This document shows positions 30,916 through 40,942 of a stretch of 64,000 bases of DNA, piece after piece. Source of the stretch: a bacterium (GTDB taxonomy: Bacteria > UBA8248). Position numbers and translations under genes: made by a program. The DNA lies in contig CBDATS010000004.1 in assembly GCA_965200245.1 (NCBI GenBank), positions 1,184,001 to 1,248,000 of the forward strand, given 5' to 3'. The first letter of the stretch is position 1; the number at the start of each line of letters is the position of its first letter. The notes beneath the pieces are model-generated. The model ran no database searches. It saw only the letters and a list, made by a program, of their open reading frames with translations, and had not been told where the DNA came from.

Positions 30916-32097
30916 TCACCCCTGAAACCCGGTTCCGAAAACACTTCGCATCAAATCCCCTTCTTCAAAACGCGATAGACAATAATCGTTGATATCGGGT
31001 TCCTCGCAACTTCCCGTCATGATCAAATCCGACATCATCTCCCCCACGGCGGGGGCCAGCTTGAAGCCATGACCGCTCATGCCCGTGCAAATGTAGTAGC
31101 CGGGTGCTTCGGGGTGACGATCCAGGATGGGCATCCAATCCGGTGTAATGCAATACAGGCAGCCCCAACCCCGGAAAAGTTTCGCATTTTCGAAATCCGG
31201 CCATCGTTTTTGCATTCTCTCCAGAATGTCGAGCACGAATTCCATATCTTCCTTTTTTTTGAAATTATCCGGGTCAACATACTCGGGTTCTATATTGTCG
31301 CGACCAACAAGAAGCAGATTTCGCCCTTCCGGGCGATAATACAGACGCGTAGGGCCATCATAGACGACAATCTCGACCCTCTCGCCTTTTTTCCCAGCGG
31401 CGTCAAAAACCGTATCTTGTTCCCTGATGGCTTCCGCCGGAAACCGGTGCCCACTCAGGGCAGCCACTTTGTTCACCCAGGCACCCGAGGCATTTACAAC
31501 AACGGGACTTTCGATCACGTCTCGTGAAGTCTTCACCTCGAACATATCCCGGTCGTTTTTGTTCAACCCGATAACGGGGCAATTTTGTCGAATCAGTGCG
31601 CCATATTTCTTGGCACCTTCGGCAAACCCGGATGTCACTCCATGAGGATCCGCATATCCGCTTCTGGGCTCGTATGCCGCGCCCACGATATCACCCAGTT
31701 TGGCCCACGGGGCGTATCGAGAAATCTCCTCTTTTTCCATCCAGCACGTCTCTACGCCAAGGGACTGCGCGAGTTCCACATTCTTTCTGACACCTTCGCG
31801 AAGTGAATCATTCGCCAGCACCAGATACCCGGTTTGGATAAAACCCGCTTGTCCACCCTCGGAGTACTCCTCAAATCTCTCGAGCGCCAAAAGAGAACGC
31901 CAAGCCATCTGAATGGTGCTTTTGTTCGAATAATGCGTGCGAATAAGAGCCGAGGAACCTCCTGTGGAACCGGATGCGATGCCGTCGCGCTCGCAGAGAA
32001 TAACCTGTCCAATGCCTCGCCTAGCCAATTGATAGGCGATGGAGCATCCCATCACACCGCCACCTATAATGACGGCATCCGCTGTTTCTTGCGCCAT
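30916..32097 (-). CDS. FAD-dependent oxidoreductase (DAO/sarcosine oxidase beta-like)
   Basis: IIGGGVMG, GYADP, TPDWMPIL, GMSGHGFKLAP. Confidence 0.88.
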   Translation of the reverse strand: MAQETADAVIIGGGVMGCSIAYQLARRGIGQVILCERDGIASGSTGGSSALIRTHYSNKSTIQMAWRSLLALERFEEYSEGGQAGFIQTGYLVLANDSLREGVRKNVELAQSLGVETCWMEKEEISRYAPWAKLGDIVGAAYEPRSGYADPHGVTSGFAEGAKKYGALIRQNCPVIGLNKNDRDMFEVKTSRDVIESPVVVNASGAWVNKVAALSGHRFPAEAIREQDTVFDAAGKKGERVEIVVYDGPTRLYYRPEGRNLLLVGRDNIEPEYVDPDNFKKKEDMEFVLDILERMQKRWPDFENAKLFRGWGCLYCITPDWMPILDRHPEAPGYYICTGMSGHGFKLAPAVGEMMSDLIMTGSCEEPDINDYCLSRFEEGDLMRSVFGTGFQG

Positions 32098-32105
32098 GGC
32101 ATTCC

Positions 32106-33971
32106 TCAGGCATCCACCCAAACGGGACTCGACCAAGCCATTTCCCCGTTGTCCTGGAGCAGGCGAATATAATAATAATCCGACTCTCGTTCCTTCCCCT
32201 TCGAATCGACCCATTCAAGAGAGACTGATTCCTGGTTCGGTTCGGTCACATGAATTTCTCTCGCATTTTTGATGATGACGATCTTCAGAACCAGGGAGCA
32301 GGCTTCGGCGCAAATCTTGAGCTTTCTTTCCGTCGACACATCCAACTGAATCTCTGAACCCATCGGGGCGTCGTTCAGGAAAAACTCAAGAATAATGCGC
32401 GCCCCCGTCGTGCCGTAGCAACGCCGTTCCCAAAGGGCCCTGAATATCCCTTCCCTATCGAAAGTCTTCGCCCATACGCAGGCCAGTCCGCCTTGCCAGG
32501 CATTTTTCAGGCGCAATCGATTCGAAAAGCCGGGCTGAGAAGTATGCGTATCTGAACCGGCGATGATGCCCAGGCGGTATCCTTTCTCTAACGCATCCTG
32601 AACGCTTTGTCCTTGATAGCGCGCCGGGTTGACCAAAGGTCTTTCACAGCCATGAGCTTCAGAGTTGCCCCAACAAGAATATATCTCCACGAGACGTTGA
32701 AACCTGGGATCGTGCCAACGCCAGCGGGTGCCAATCACGGCACTCGCCGAATGATGGGGAATCGTGAGTGCTCGACCCTCGAGACTTTCGAGTCGCTTCC
32801 AGAGTTTTTCCGGGTGATTGGACCCTGAACTGCGAGAATCCAGCTTCGGGATTTCCTGGCCATCCAAAAAATAGACGTTTTTGTTCCCGTCTTGCTCAAG
32901 CGTGCCAAACCATTCGTAAGCGGGAAGAGACACGTACTTCCCAGCCTCGGAAAAACGATTCGCCGCCTCGACAACCTCTTTCCACTGCGCCTCATCCATT
33001 TGCATGGCCAAGGATGTGCAGGCAGCGAAATCGACTCCTGCGCAGTCTCGTGCATAGGTATGGACGTACTCCACGATTTCACGTGTCGTCGATGGTCTCG
33101 GATATTCCCCCACGCACAACCCGCTCATGCAATGCGGGTCTCCAAAAAGAAGGATGTGCTCCGGGATCTCGTCCAATACCCGGATCGGTGGCGTATGGGC
33201 GGCCGTCAAACCATCCGCCAAGACTTTCAGCCGATGAACACCCTCCATATTCAGCACCACGTCTTCGCATACAAAAATTCCGGGCGATTCCTGATGAAAA
33301 GTTCCTGTGCCCCTGTCAGGCAACACAATTTCCGGTATGGATGCCCCCTTCGTCGCTACATTGTGAAAACAGTCCCTGGCCACTGCACGGACTGTAAACG
33401 CTTGCCCCCGCAACACATGTGCCGGGGCCGTCACCGAAAGAAAAAATGGCTCCTCGGGTGCCACATCGAACCTCGGCGAATCCGGAAGAAGCTCCCAGTT
33501 CCCTTTTCCCGTCGCATCTACGGACAGGGTGAATTCCACAGGCATGGCCAGGACTTGCGCCTGCACACCGGGGATGCCGGATGGCGTCCAGCCATATTCA
33601 ATTTCAATGAAATCGTTTTCCACCAAAGAAGATTCTTGAACTGTTAAATCCAGGCTGGCCGGCAGAAAAGTAAAACCAAGCACGGGCTCAATCAGTGAGT
33701 GTCCCAAAGAAACACGCTCGTTCGAGCATCGGTACCTGCAAAATCCCGGAGCCGTCATATCTTCTAACTGAGGTTTGCTGAATCCATTCGGCGGCGTGAA
33801 GCGAAGGCCGCCACCGTGATCGATTCCACGCGGGCCGACTCGATAGATAATGCGCCATCTACCCATTTTGCCCGCCGTAATCGGGCCTTCGGGCTCTATA
33901 TTCGCTCGGCCCAGATCTTCACCATAAAAATACTCTCGCAACGCGCCTATTCCCCGGCGAGAGGCTTCCAT
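32106..33971 (-). CDS. DUF3604-like PHP-related protein
   Basis: FGD.H, AYEW, IPHH, EIYS.WG, GSDTH, RRCYGTTG, YYIRL.Q.NG.MAWSSPVW. Confidence 0.8.
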   Translation of the reverse strand: MEASRRGIGALREYFYGEDLGRANIEPEGPITAGKMGRWRIIYRVGPRGIDHGGGLRFTPPNGFSKPQLEDMTAPGFCRYRCSNERVSLGHSLIEPVLGFTFLPASLDLTVQESSLVENDFIEIEYGWTPSGIPGVQAQVLAMPVEFTLSVDATGKGNWELLPDSPRFDVAPEEPFFLSVTAPAHVLRGQAFTVRAVARDCFHNVATKGASIPEIVLPDRGTGTFHQESPGIFVCEDVVLNMEGVHRLKVLADGLTAAHTPPIRVLDEIPEHILLFGDPHCMSGLCVGEYPRPSTTREIVEYVHTYARDCAGVDFAACTSLAMQMDEAQWKEVVEAANRFSEAGKYVSLPAYEWFGTLEQDGNKNVYFLDGQEIPKLDSRSSGSNHPEKLWKRLESLEGRALTIPHHSASAVIGTRWRWHDPRFQRLVEIYSCWGNSEAHGCERPLVNPARYQGQSVQDALEKGYRLGIIAGSDTHTSQPGFSNRLRLKNAWQGGLACVWAKTFDREGIFRALWERRCYGTTGARIILEFFLNDAPMGSEIQLDVSTERKLKICAEACSLVLKIVIIKNAREIHVTEPNQESVSLEWVDSKGKERESDYYYIRLLQDNGEMAWSSPVWVDA

Positions 33972-34055
33972 GAACAACCTCCTGTTTCAGGCCGACCCGT
34001 GATTTGGAAACTCGACAATCACTCGAACAATATCAAAGCGAAGAAGCGGGCACTT

Positions 34056-34727
34056 CTATTCCCAGCTGAGCATCGCGGCATATCCATCCCTCGGAACATT
34101 TGCATAAATTGGCAAACCCTTGTGGCGCTTAAACTCCTGAATGGTGATCAAGTGCACATTCGATTCCCACAATATGTGACGGAACGAGCACTCGAGAGTC
34201 TGATAGTACAAATAAGGATCGCTTTCGTCTTTGCGAAAGCCGCTTTCGTGCGCAGGCAGAACGAGATTTTGAAAATAATCTATCACTCGCTCTCCATTCG
34301 CCCATTTTCTGTCAGGCGAATACCTCCTGGGCAATTCCTTTTCCCTTAATCCAGCGAGTGTTTCATTTGACAATACTTCCCGGCACAGAGCGCACGCATC
34401 ATCGAGCGCCGCCAGAACATCGGAAAATTCAGGAAACCGTACCGGGTCCAACATTCTGTCCGCTCCGCCGGTATCCACCAAGGATTTATCCCGCGGCAAA
34501 GAGTCTGGATACAAAACGGGCGGCCAAAATTCCAGGAAAAAAAGATAGGGTATCCAGGCCGTGTGGCTGATTTGTTCCTTGATGGACCAAGCTCCCCAAC
34601 TTTTCTCGGGCAACACCAGTTCATGAAATTCTTCAGGCAGTCCGCTTGTTTCGTCGTGAAACAAATCCGCCAAGTTTATATATTCCGGAAAAACATCCAG
34701 CCCCGGAGTGGATAAGTCTTCAGGCAT
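34056..34727 (-). CDS. DinB-like protein
   Basis: WSIKEQISH near the N-terminus; RHILWE..VH.I.I near the C-terminus. Confidence 0.65.
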   Translation of the reverse strand: MPEDLSTPGLDVFPEYINLADLFHDETSGLPEEFHELVLPEKSWGAWSIKEQISHTAWIPYLFFLEFWPPVLYPDSLPRDKSLVDTGGADRMLDPVRFPEFSDVLAALDDACALCREVLSNETLAGLREKELPRRYSPDRKWANGERVIDYFQNLVLPAHESGFRKDESDPYLYYQTLECSFRHILWESNVHLITIQEFKRHKGLPIYANVPRDGYAAMLSWE

Positions 34728-34744
34728 ATCGTTTCCTCAAGGTA

Positions 34745-35644
34745 TCAATTTTCGTCCGGTTTCATGGGCAAGTGCTCCGCATACACTTCCGCCGCTTGCT
34801 GCGGCGTCAAGGATTTGTCTCTTTTCTCCAGAGTTTGCTCTGCCAAAGGCGTCGTCGCGAGGTGGGAATAGATGGCCACTGCTCCTTCATGAAACTTTGG
34901 GGTAACACCGGCGGCTTCGAAGGTCTGCGCAATTTGTTTCATCTCGTCGATATACCGCCATGCCACGACGGGAAGACGAGGTGCGCTTGATGCCATCTGT
35001 CTATAATAAGCTTCCTGGCTCGTTTGAAACTCGTGGCTAACCTCTTCGGCGAGACCAAGCGCCTCTGACAGGGTGATAACAGCGGTTTGAAGGGCATGTG
35101 ACCCCTTGGTAAGAGCAGCGTAGCACATCTTGATCCCCGAAGCGCGGCCAACCTCACTCCCAAGCAAACGGACCACAATTCCCTTGCCATCCAACTCCGC
35201 CAGCAATTCCGCCTGTTCACCGCTGAAGTAAAACCTCGTTTTGTTCCGGGCCTCGCTCGGTGGAGGACCCAATATTCCTCCATCAATGAAATCGGATCCG
35301 GCATCTGAAATTCTTCTGGCGATGACTTTCGCCGTTTCAGGCGACACTGCGTTGCAGTCGGCGTAAGGAGGACAACATCCGGTAGCCGACATGCATTCCG
35401 CTACTTCGTCCGCCACCTGCACGGCTGAACCCGGAGGCACTATGGACAGAACCATGTCAGAGCGTTCCAGCATCACGGCCAAATTCGGATAGTCCCTGAT
35501 CCCCCCTTTATCGGCCAAGCGCTTCGTCTGTTCGCTTCTATTCGTGAGGCAAGTCACCACCTCAATGCCATGCAAGCCCAGCATTCGCCCCACGGCGTGC
35601 CCCATATCTCCCGGGCTCAGGATAGCGACAGTTTCAAGGGCCAT
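34745..35644 (-). CDS. NAD(P)-dependent oxidoreductase (6PGD/3-hydroxyisobutyrate dehydrogenase-like, DUF1932)
   Basis: SPGDMG, DCNAVSP, DGGILGPPP, ASGIKMCYAALTKG. Confidence 0.85.
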   Translation of the reverse strand: MALETVAILSPGDMGHAVGRMLGLHGIEVVTCLTNRSEQTKRLADKGGIRDYPNLAVMLERSDMVLSIVPPGSAVQVADEVAECMSATGCCPPYADCNAVSPETAKVIARRISDAGSDFIDGGILGPPPSEARNKTRFYFSGEQAELLAELDGKGIVVRLLGSEVGRASGIKMCYAALTKGSHALQTAVITLSEALGLAEEVSHEFQTSQEAYYRQMASSAPRLPVVAWRYIDEMKQIAQTFEAAGVTPKFHEGAVAIYSHLATTPLAEQTLEKRDKSLTPQQAAEVYAEHLPMKPDEN

Positions 35645-35774
35645 GGAATACCTCCCCCTAACTCGAAATGAGAAATGTCAATTTGTACGTTCCACCTGAC
35701 AGAAACAATGCTCTTCGAAAAAAAGTCCGGCTTTCGGGACTTTGAGTGTAGATGTGCAGGCGTTTCTGCAACAA

Positions 35775-36278
35775 CTATTCTTTCCATACGCATTTCTTAT
35801 CTGATGAAGAATACGACATCACCCCCACGGGATCGCTGGCTGTCGAGTCCCTTGCCATGCGCAGGATAAAAACCAGGAAAACCACATCTTTGGCTCCGGC
35901 GCTTTCAAGCATCTCGCCACCCAGGCGGCAGACCAGCCGCGCCCTTTGTTTTCTCTTCTTGGCGCTCACCTCCGCCCACGGTAACAGAATATCAAGAGAC
36001 AACCTGCCAAGGCTCGCTTCGGATACACGAATCTTCGCACGACTGGTATGCGTGGAAGCATCCAGATATTTCTTGAGCGTGAGTCCTGTGTTTCTGGTGA
36101 TGACTGGCGGAGGTATTCCTTTCCATTTCTTCGCTTCCGCCACCAAGGATGCCTTCACGCCCGTCTCATAAAGAAACAGTGGTTGCGTAAAGAATAAAAG
36201 CAAACCCGCCAAGGCTGCAAACGAAATGAAAAGCAGCCAGAAAAGAAATTTCTGTGTTGGTCTCGGAAGTCTCATCAA
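35775..36278 (-). CDS. Hypothetical membrane-anchored protein
   Basis: N-terminal TM helix; start overlaps the upstream stop (translational coupling). Confidence 0.5.
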   Translation of the reverse strand: MMRLPRPTQKFLFWLLFISFAALAGLLLFFTQPLFLYETGVKASLVAEAKKWKGIPPPVITRNTGLTLKKYLDASTHTSRAKIRVSEASLGRLSLDILLPWAEVSAKKRKQRARLVCRLGGEMLESAGAKDVVFLVFILRMARDSTASDPVGVMSYSSSDKKCVWKE

Positions 36279-36958
36279 ATAATCGGATAGGCGGCAGCAT
36301 AACCGCCCACTGGAGCATCAGGATAGACAAATGGCAACCCCATTGCTTCACGATGAAGCCTGATGGATCGCAAGTGAATCAAATCGTCCCAAAGCACATG
36401 ACGCAAGGTTGCCAGAGGCGTCACCCGAAAACCGTGCGTGTGATTCGGGTCAATCGTAAATCCATCCGGATGACATCTCATGCAACGATTCCACAAATCA
36501 ACGGAACGCTCCTCGCTCGCGCCCACAACCGAGCTATCAGTAAAAACAAACAAGAGCGAGTTTTCTTCCAGGTCTTCCACCGTGCACTTTTCAACTTGTA
36601 ACGCCGCTGCTTCGCATGCCTCGGAAAAGCGCAGATGCAGCCACTCAATATCCGCATATCGCTCGGAGGAAAAACGGCGGTCGTCCTCCCGCGTGTTGAT
36701 GAACGTACCGAACTGGCTCATATCCACAAGCGGCCATGGCAGGCGAGTGGTGCCGTATAAAACCATGAACCACCGCGTCGTGATGTAAGCCATATGGCTA
36801 AGCTGCCTTCTTGGTGACCAGCGCGACCATTCTTCCTCGCCTGTCCTGTCCAGCTGTGCCTCGGAAAAATCAGCGAGTTCACCCAAGGCCCACGTGGGGA
36901 TTTGCCGATAGACATGGGAGATTTCACCAAGCGTGGCCGGATACGAAGATGTTCTCAT
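36275..36958 (-). CDS. DinB-like protein (paralogue of 34056-34727)
   Basis: WSPRRQLSH; RHVLWDDLIHLRSI; GLP...GGY. Confidence 0.65.
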   Translation of the reverse strand: MRTSSYPATLGEISHVYRQIPTWALGELADFSEAQLDRTGEEEWSRWSPRRQLSHMAYITTRWFMVLYGTTRLPWPLVDMSQFGTFINTREDDRRFSSERYADIEWLHLRFSEACEAAALQVEKCTVEDLEENSLLFVFTDSSVVGASEERSVDLWNRCMRCHPDGFTIDPNHTHGFRVTPLATLRHVLWDDLIHLRSIRLHREAMGLPFVYPDAPVGGYAAAYPII

Positions 36959-37725
36959 GCCCGAGTGCCGCCCCCATCCAGAATCTCACAAAACCTTGCC
37001 GTGTCCTCCAGGGTCGCCAAAAGAAAATCCGGACAAGCGCACGCCAACTCGTATAGCGAATCCCCTCCTGTTGCCACAGCTATCGTCTTCGCCCTGCATG
37101 CCCGGCCCGCTTCTACGTCACGCCACGTATCGCCTATCACCCAACGGGAAACCGTTTTGTCCGGGAATTTCGTACGAATGATTTGCTCGCCTCTCAGAAA
37201 TCCCGCTTCCAGCAATTCCGTCCTGCCTCCAGAGTCAGAACCAAAACCTCCGAACGAAAAGAATCGATTCAACCCGCCGCGCGAAAGTTTGATTCTCGCA
37301 CCCTGCTCGATATTTCCCGTACCCAATCCCATGAGCACGTCATCCCGACTCATCAGGTGCGAAAGCAACTCCGGGATTCCCGGCATAAGGTGGAAGTTTT
37401 TGGAATTCATAACCGTGGCGGGGAGAATTTCCACATATTTCGCCAGAAGATCCTCCACCTCGGACTCACTCCCGCAACGTCCAAGAAGAGAGCGAAACAT
37501 CTCCTGTACTATGAGTTCATCTGTCTTGCCGTGCGGGCGAACATGACGCATCGCATTCGGTACCCCGTATATTCGCTCAAAAGCGATATCGAGAGCTCCT
37601 GCTCCCGCGCCTCCGCTCAGAAGCAAAGTGCCGTCCACATCGAAAAGTAGCAGGTGAATTGAATTCAACGGTTTCTTTCCAACACGCATTCGCGAATGCA
37701 TCCGGGTGAGATGACCTTCTTCCAT
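36955..37725 (-). CDS. HAD family hydrolase (start uncertain)
   Basis: LFDVDGTLL, GKTD, TGN, GGFGSD, IGDT.RD. Confidence 0.88.
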   Translation of the reverse strand: MEEGHLTRMHSRMRVGKKPLNSIHLLLFDVDGTLLLSGGAGAGALDIAFERIYGVPNAMRHVRPHGKTDELIVQEMFRSLLGRCGSESEVEDLLAKYVEILPATVMNSKNFHLMPGIPELLSHLMSRDDVLMGLGTGNIEQGARIKLSRGGLNRFFSFGGFGSDSGGRTELLEAGFLRGEQIIRTKFPDKTVSRWVIGDTWRDVEAGRACRAKTIAVATGGDSLYELACACPDFLLATLEDTARFCEILDGGGTRA

Positions 37726-37781
37726 GGTATACTATGCAGTAGAATTGAACCAGCGATAGATACAGACAAAGGAGATGGGAA

Positions 37782-38486
37782 TTGCCTGACAAGAAGCTCG
37801 CCGTCGTAACGGGTAGCAACAAGGGTATTGGCCTTGGAATTTGCCGGGCACTCGCCGGGCAAGGGGTGCAAACCATCCTCACAGCGCGAGATGCTTCCAA
37901 GGGTGAAATCGCCAAAGGGCAACCGGAAAGAGAGGGACTGGAAATCATGTTCCATCCCCTGGATGTCACTTGCCGGGACAGCATCAACACTCTGGCCGGT
38001 TTTCTGGCGAAAGAATTCGGACACCTTGATATTCTGATCAACAATGCGGCCATCAGAAAAGACGTAGGTATGATGGGCCTGGATGTCCCTGTCGAAACAT
38101 TGCGCGAAATGATGGAAACCAACCTCTACGGCCCGCTCATGATGTGCCAAACCCTGGCACCTCTTCTGAAAAAAAGTTCAGGCGGCAGAATAGTGAACGT
38201 TTCAAGCGGCATGGCATCCCTGACAAACATGGGGGGAGGCTCGCCCGCATACAGAATCACCAAAACTGCCCTGAATGCGATGACGAAAGTTCTCGCGGAT
38301 GAATTCCGTGGAACCAGCGTTCTCGTAAATTGTTGCCATCCAGGATGGGTGAGAACAGACATGGGCGGCAGGAACGCCGCAAAGTCAATAGATGAAGGCG
38401 CAGATACGCCCGTTTGGCTCGCCCTGTTGCCCGACGGCGGACCTACCGGAGGGTATTTCCAGGACAGAAAACCCATGCCGTGGTAG
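37782..38486 (+). CDS. SDR oxidoreductase (carbonyl reductase-like)
   Basis: TGSNKGIG, NNAA, YRITK, HPGWVRTDMGG, GADT.VWLA. Confidence 0.9.
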   Translation: MPDKKLAVVTGSNKGIGLGICRALAGQGVQTILTARDASKGEIAKGQPEREGLEIMFHPLDVTCRDSINTLAGFLAKEFGHLDILINNAAIRKDVGMMGLDVPVETLREMMETNLYGPLMMCQTLAPLLKKSSGGRIVNVSSGMASLTNMGGGSPAYRITKTALNAMTKVLADEFRGTSVLVNCCHPGWVRTDMGGRNAAKSIDEGADTPVWLALLPDGGPTGGYFQDRKPMPW

Positions 38487-38540
38487 AAAAATGCATGATT
38501 TCACGACGATGCCCGGGAGCTGTTTTTCAGTGTTTCCACG

Positions 38541-39116
38541 TCAGAGGGAGTTCTTTGCGTAATCCCATCCCGATTGAAACGACTTCACCTCGCCGGTTGA
38601 TTCCTCATATTTAAAGCGCGGTATCTTCGCAAGATTACCGCCATAGACATGAATGCCCACCACGGGTTCAGACGATGCGCAACTTACGCGGTGCACATCG
38701 TTGTCCAACGTACAGCAGACAAAGACATCCCCAGGCCCGGCAATTCGGTGGCCTTTTGGTGTGAGCTTTACACGGGCACCGCTCTCCCGAGGTCCTTCCC
38801 GCAAAAAACTCTCCTCTTTCTCCATTCCACGGTAAATGCCTATCACTCCCCATGTACCGTGATCATGGATCGGAGTGGTCTGCCCTACGTCCCATATCCC
38901 CGCGCCTATCGAGAAACTCTCATCCGGTTCGATATGAATGCGGTTGAGCGTAAAACTCTCTTTCTTTAGCAGGAGTTGCTCCTCGCTCAACAGATTCGGC
39001 TCGTTCAAAACCGGCTCAAGGATCGCTGCTGCCCTGGCGGTTATTTCCTCTTCCGCACCGCCTTCCTTCACGATTCCACGCACCTGATTGACGATCCCGT
39101 TCATGCCCTTTGACAT
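38541..39116 (-). CDS. Thiol dioxygenase (cysteine/3-mercaptopropionate dioxygenase family)
   Basis: W..GQTTPIHDHGTWG, DVHRV, IHVYGG. Confidence 0.82.
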   Translation of the reverse strand: MSKGMNGIVNQVRGIVKEGGAEEEITARAAAILEPVLNEPNLLSEEQLLLKKESFTLNRIHIEPDESFSIGAGIWDVGQTTPIHDHGTWGVIGIYRGMEKEESFLREGPRESGARVKLTPKGHRIAGPGDVFVCCTLDNDVHRVSCASSEPVVGIHVYGGNLAKIPRFKYEESTGEVKSFQSGWDYAKNSL

Positions 39117-39159
39117 TTCTCATCCCCCTGAATCCATTGCGCAACACCAAGCGCAACTC

Positions 39160-39717
39160 TCATCGCTTGAGTTTATGGTTCATTTCATGTGCCAAAAGCG
39201 CCAGCTTGAGCGATGCGCTGCTGGCGAATCCACCGAGCTCGCCCGAGCCCGCGATGACTCGATGTCATGGTATCACAAGAGGCACGGGGTTTCTATGCAA
39301 AGCCTGGCCAACGGCGCGTGATGCTTTCGGGTTTCCGATTTCCTTCGCGACCCACCCATAGGGGCGCGTCTCTCCGTACGGAATTTCTTCTGTCTTCCTG
39401 AGCACTTTGTCCATAAAAGGAGTGAGCGCAGAGAGGTCTGTTCTCAATTTGAAACCTTTCCGCACGCCGCTCAGATATTCTTCTATCTCCTTTGAAGCCC
39501 GGCGGCCCAAAGGTGTGGATTGGTCACTCGTACAATGGGCCACGTGCAGTTTCTCCACTCCATCCAGCATCCTTATTTCCGCAATTCCCCTGTCCGATAC
39601 GAAAACGGAGAATTCCGTACGCACCTTCTTCAGCCAATATGCAACGTGGGCATTGAGCGAGTCCGCGGTTTCATCGAACAACCCGACTTGCCTCCATCCA
39701 CTCAACCAACGCGTCAT
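39160..39717 (-). CDS. ogt: Methylated-DNA--protein methyltransferase with selenocysteine at the acceptor site (TGA 39265-39267 read as Sec), 185 aa
   Basis: IPYGETRPY, ASRAVGQA, NPVPLVIP-TGA-HRVI..SGELGGF....LK..LLAHE; TGA occupies the Cys of PCHRV and the frame continues 34 codons with family-typical sequence. Confidence 0.88.
39234..39251 (-). promoter_or_regulatory. Putative SECIS hairpin of ogt
   Basis: CGGGCUC-GGGC-GAGCUCG (7 bp including one G-U); G-initiated loop begins 20 nt after UGA. Confidence 0.65.
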
Positions 39718-39739
39718 CGCGAAAGCTCCCTGTGCGCTG

Positions 39740-40942
39740 CTAGAACGCCGTGGCCGCGCCTTTCGCATATGCTTGCCCCGTTCTGAGCCGCAGGATTTGA
39801 TTCGTACCGTCTGAATGCAAGAACGTGCTGGCATCGCGGAGGTATTTCTCCATGGGAGCATCGTGCATGATTCCTGCACCACCGAATACCTCCATGCCCA
39901 GACGCGCGCAATCAAAGGCGACTTCAGATGCGAAAACCTTACATTTCCATCCCTGGGTAAAATCATAGGGTTTTTGGTGATCCACCGCCCAGGCGGTACG
40001 CCAGATATACGTGCGGGCAATGTCCAGATTCATCGCCATATCGGCCAGCATGGTTTCTATCGCCTGGTGTTGCCCTATGGGCTTGCCACCCTGGACACGT
40101 TCACGGCTGTAAACCAATGCTTTTTCGAACGCAGCGCGTCCAACGCCCAAGACCGTAGCAGCTGCTTCCGGTTTCCCCATCGCCAGAAGATTGCCCCTGA
40201 TCTCGAACATGTTCCCTTCACCCAGAATCACGTGGTTCTCGGGAACCTCGACATCTTCATAAAAAATTTCCGAATTCATCGAAAGGCGCTGGCCTATTTT
40301 TTCATGTACCTTGCCTATCGATATGCCGGGAGTGTCCCTGGGAACCAGAAATCCGGTCAAGCTTTCTCTCAGGTTTTTATTGAGGTCGGTCCTCGCCGCC
40401 AACACGAACAGGGACGCAACGGGCCCATTGCTGATATAGCGCTTTTTTCCATTGATAATCCATTTGCCGCCTTTTTTCTCTGCATGTGAATAAAGCGCGA
40501 TGGAAGGATCGTCGTAGTATCCTTGATGGTCGGTTCCTGCCCCTTCTTCCGTCATGGAGATCGCAACCAGGAACCTTGGTTCCTCGCACAAGCGCTTTAT
40601 CCAGGAGTCTCTGAGTTCAGGCTCGACTTTTTCCAGAATATGAGACAGTTTCCAGGTTTGATCCAGATTGACCGCAAAACCCAGATCGCCCACGGCAAGT
40701 TCCTCTCCCGCCAGACAACAGGAAAGCACGTCGGCATCCATGCCACCATATTCCTCGGGGTAGGGAAGCTGCCTCAAGCCCAAAGCGCTTGCCTGTTCCG
40801 TTAGATCCCATGGCATCCGTTCTTCCCAGTCCTGTATCCGATCTCGTTCTGGAGCCACCGGAGCCAATTTTTCATAGGAAAATTTTCTGGCGATTTCCTG
40901 AATCCGCAATTGTTTTTCATTCAAAGTGAATTCCACGAACAC
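39740..40942 (-). CDS. Acyl-CoA dehydrogenase
   Basis: MTEEGAGTD, INGKKRYISNG, KIGQR, RVQGGKPI, FGGAG, EKYLRD, DGTNQILR. Confidence 0.92.
   Translation of the reverse strand: MFVEFTLNEKQLRIQEIARKFSYEKLAPVAPERDRIQDWEERMPWDLTEQASALGLRQLPYPEEYGGMDADVLSCCLAGEELAVGDLGFAVNLDQTWKLSHILEKVEPELRDSWIKRLCEEPRFLVAISMTEEGAGTDHQGYYDDPSIALYSHAEKKGGKWIINGKKRYISNGPVASLFVLAARTDLNKNLRESLTGFLVPRDTPGISIGKVHEKIGQRLSMNSEIFYEDVEVPENHVILGEGNMFEIRGNLLAMGKPEAAATVLGVGRAAFEKALVYSRERVQGGKPIGQHQAIETMLADMAMNLDIARTYIWRTAWAVDHQKPYDFTQGWKCKVFASEVAFDCARLGMEVFGGAGIMHDAPMEKYLRDASTFLHSDGTNQILRLRTGQAYAKGAATAF

Noticed and set aside
39718-40020. N-terminal 100 aa of ORF 39265-40020
   Set aside because: Overlaps the acyl-CoA dehydrogenase 3' end in another frame; the Ogt-like sequence starts at about ATG 39717.
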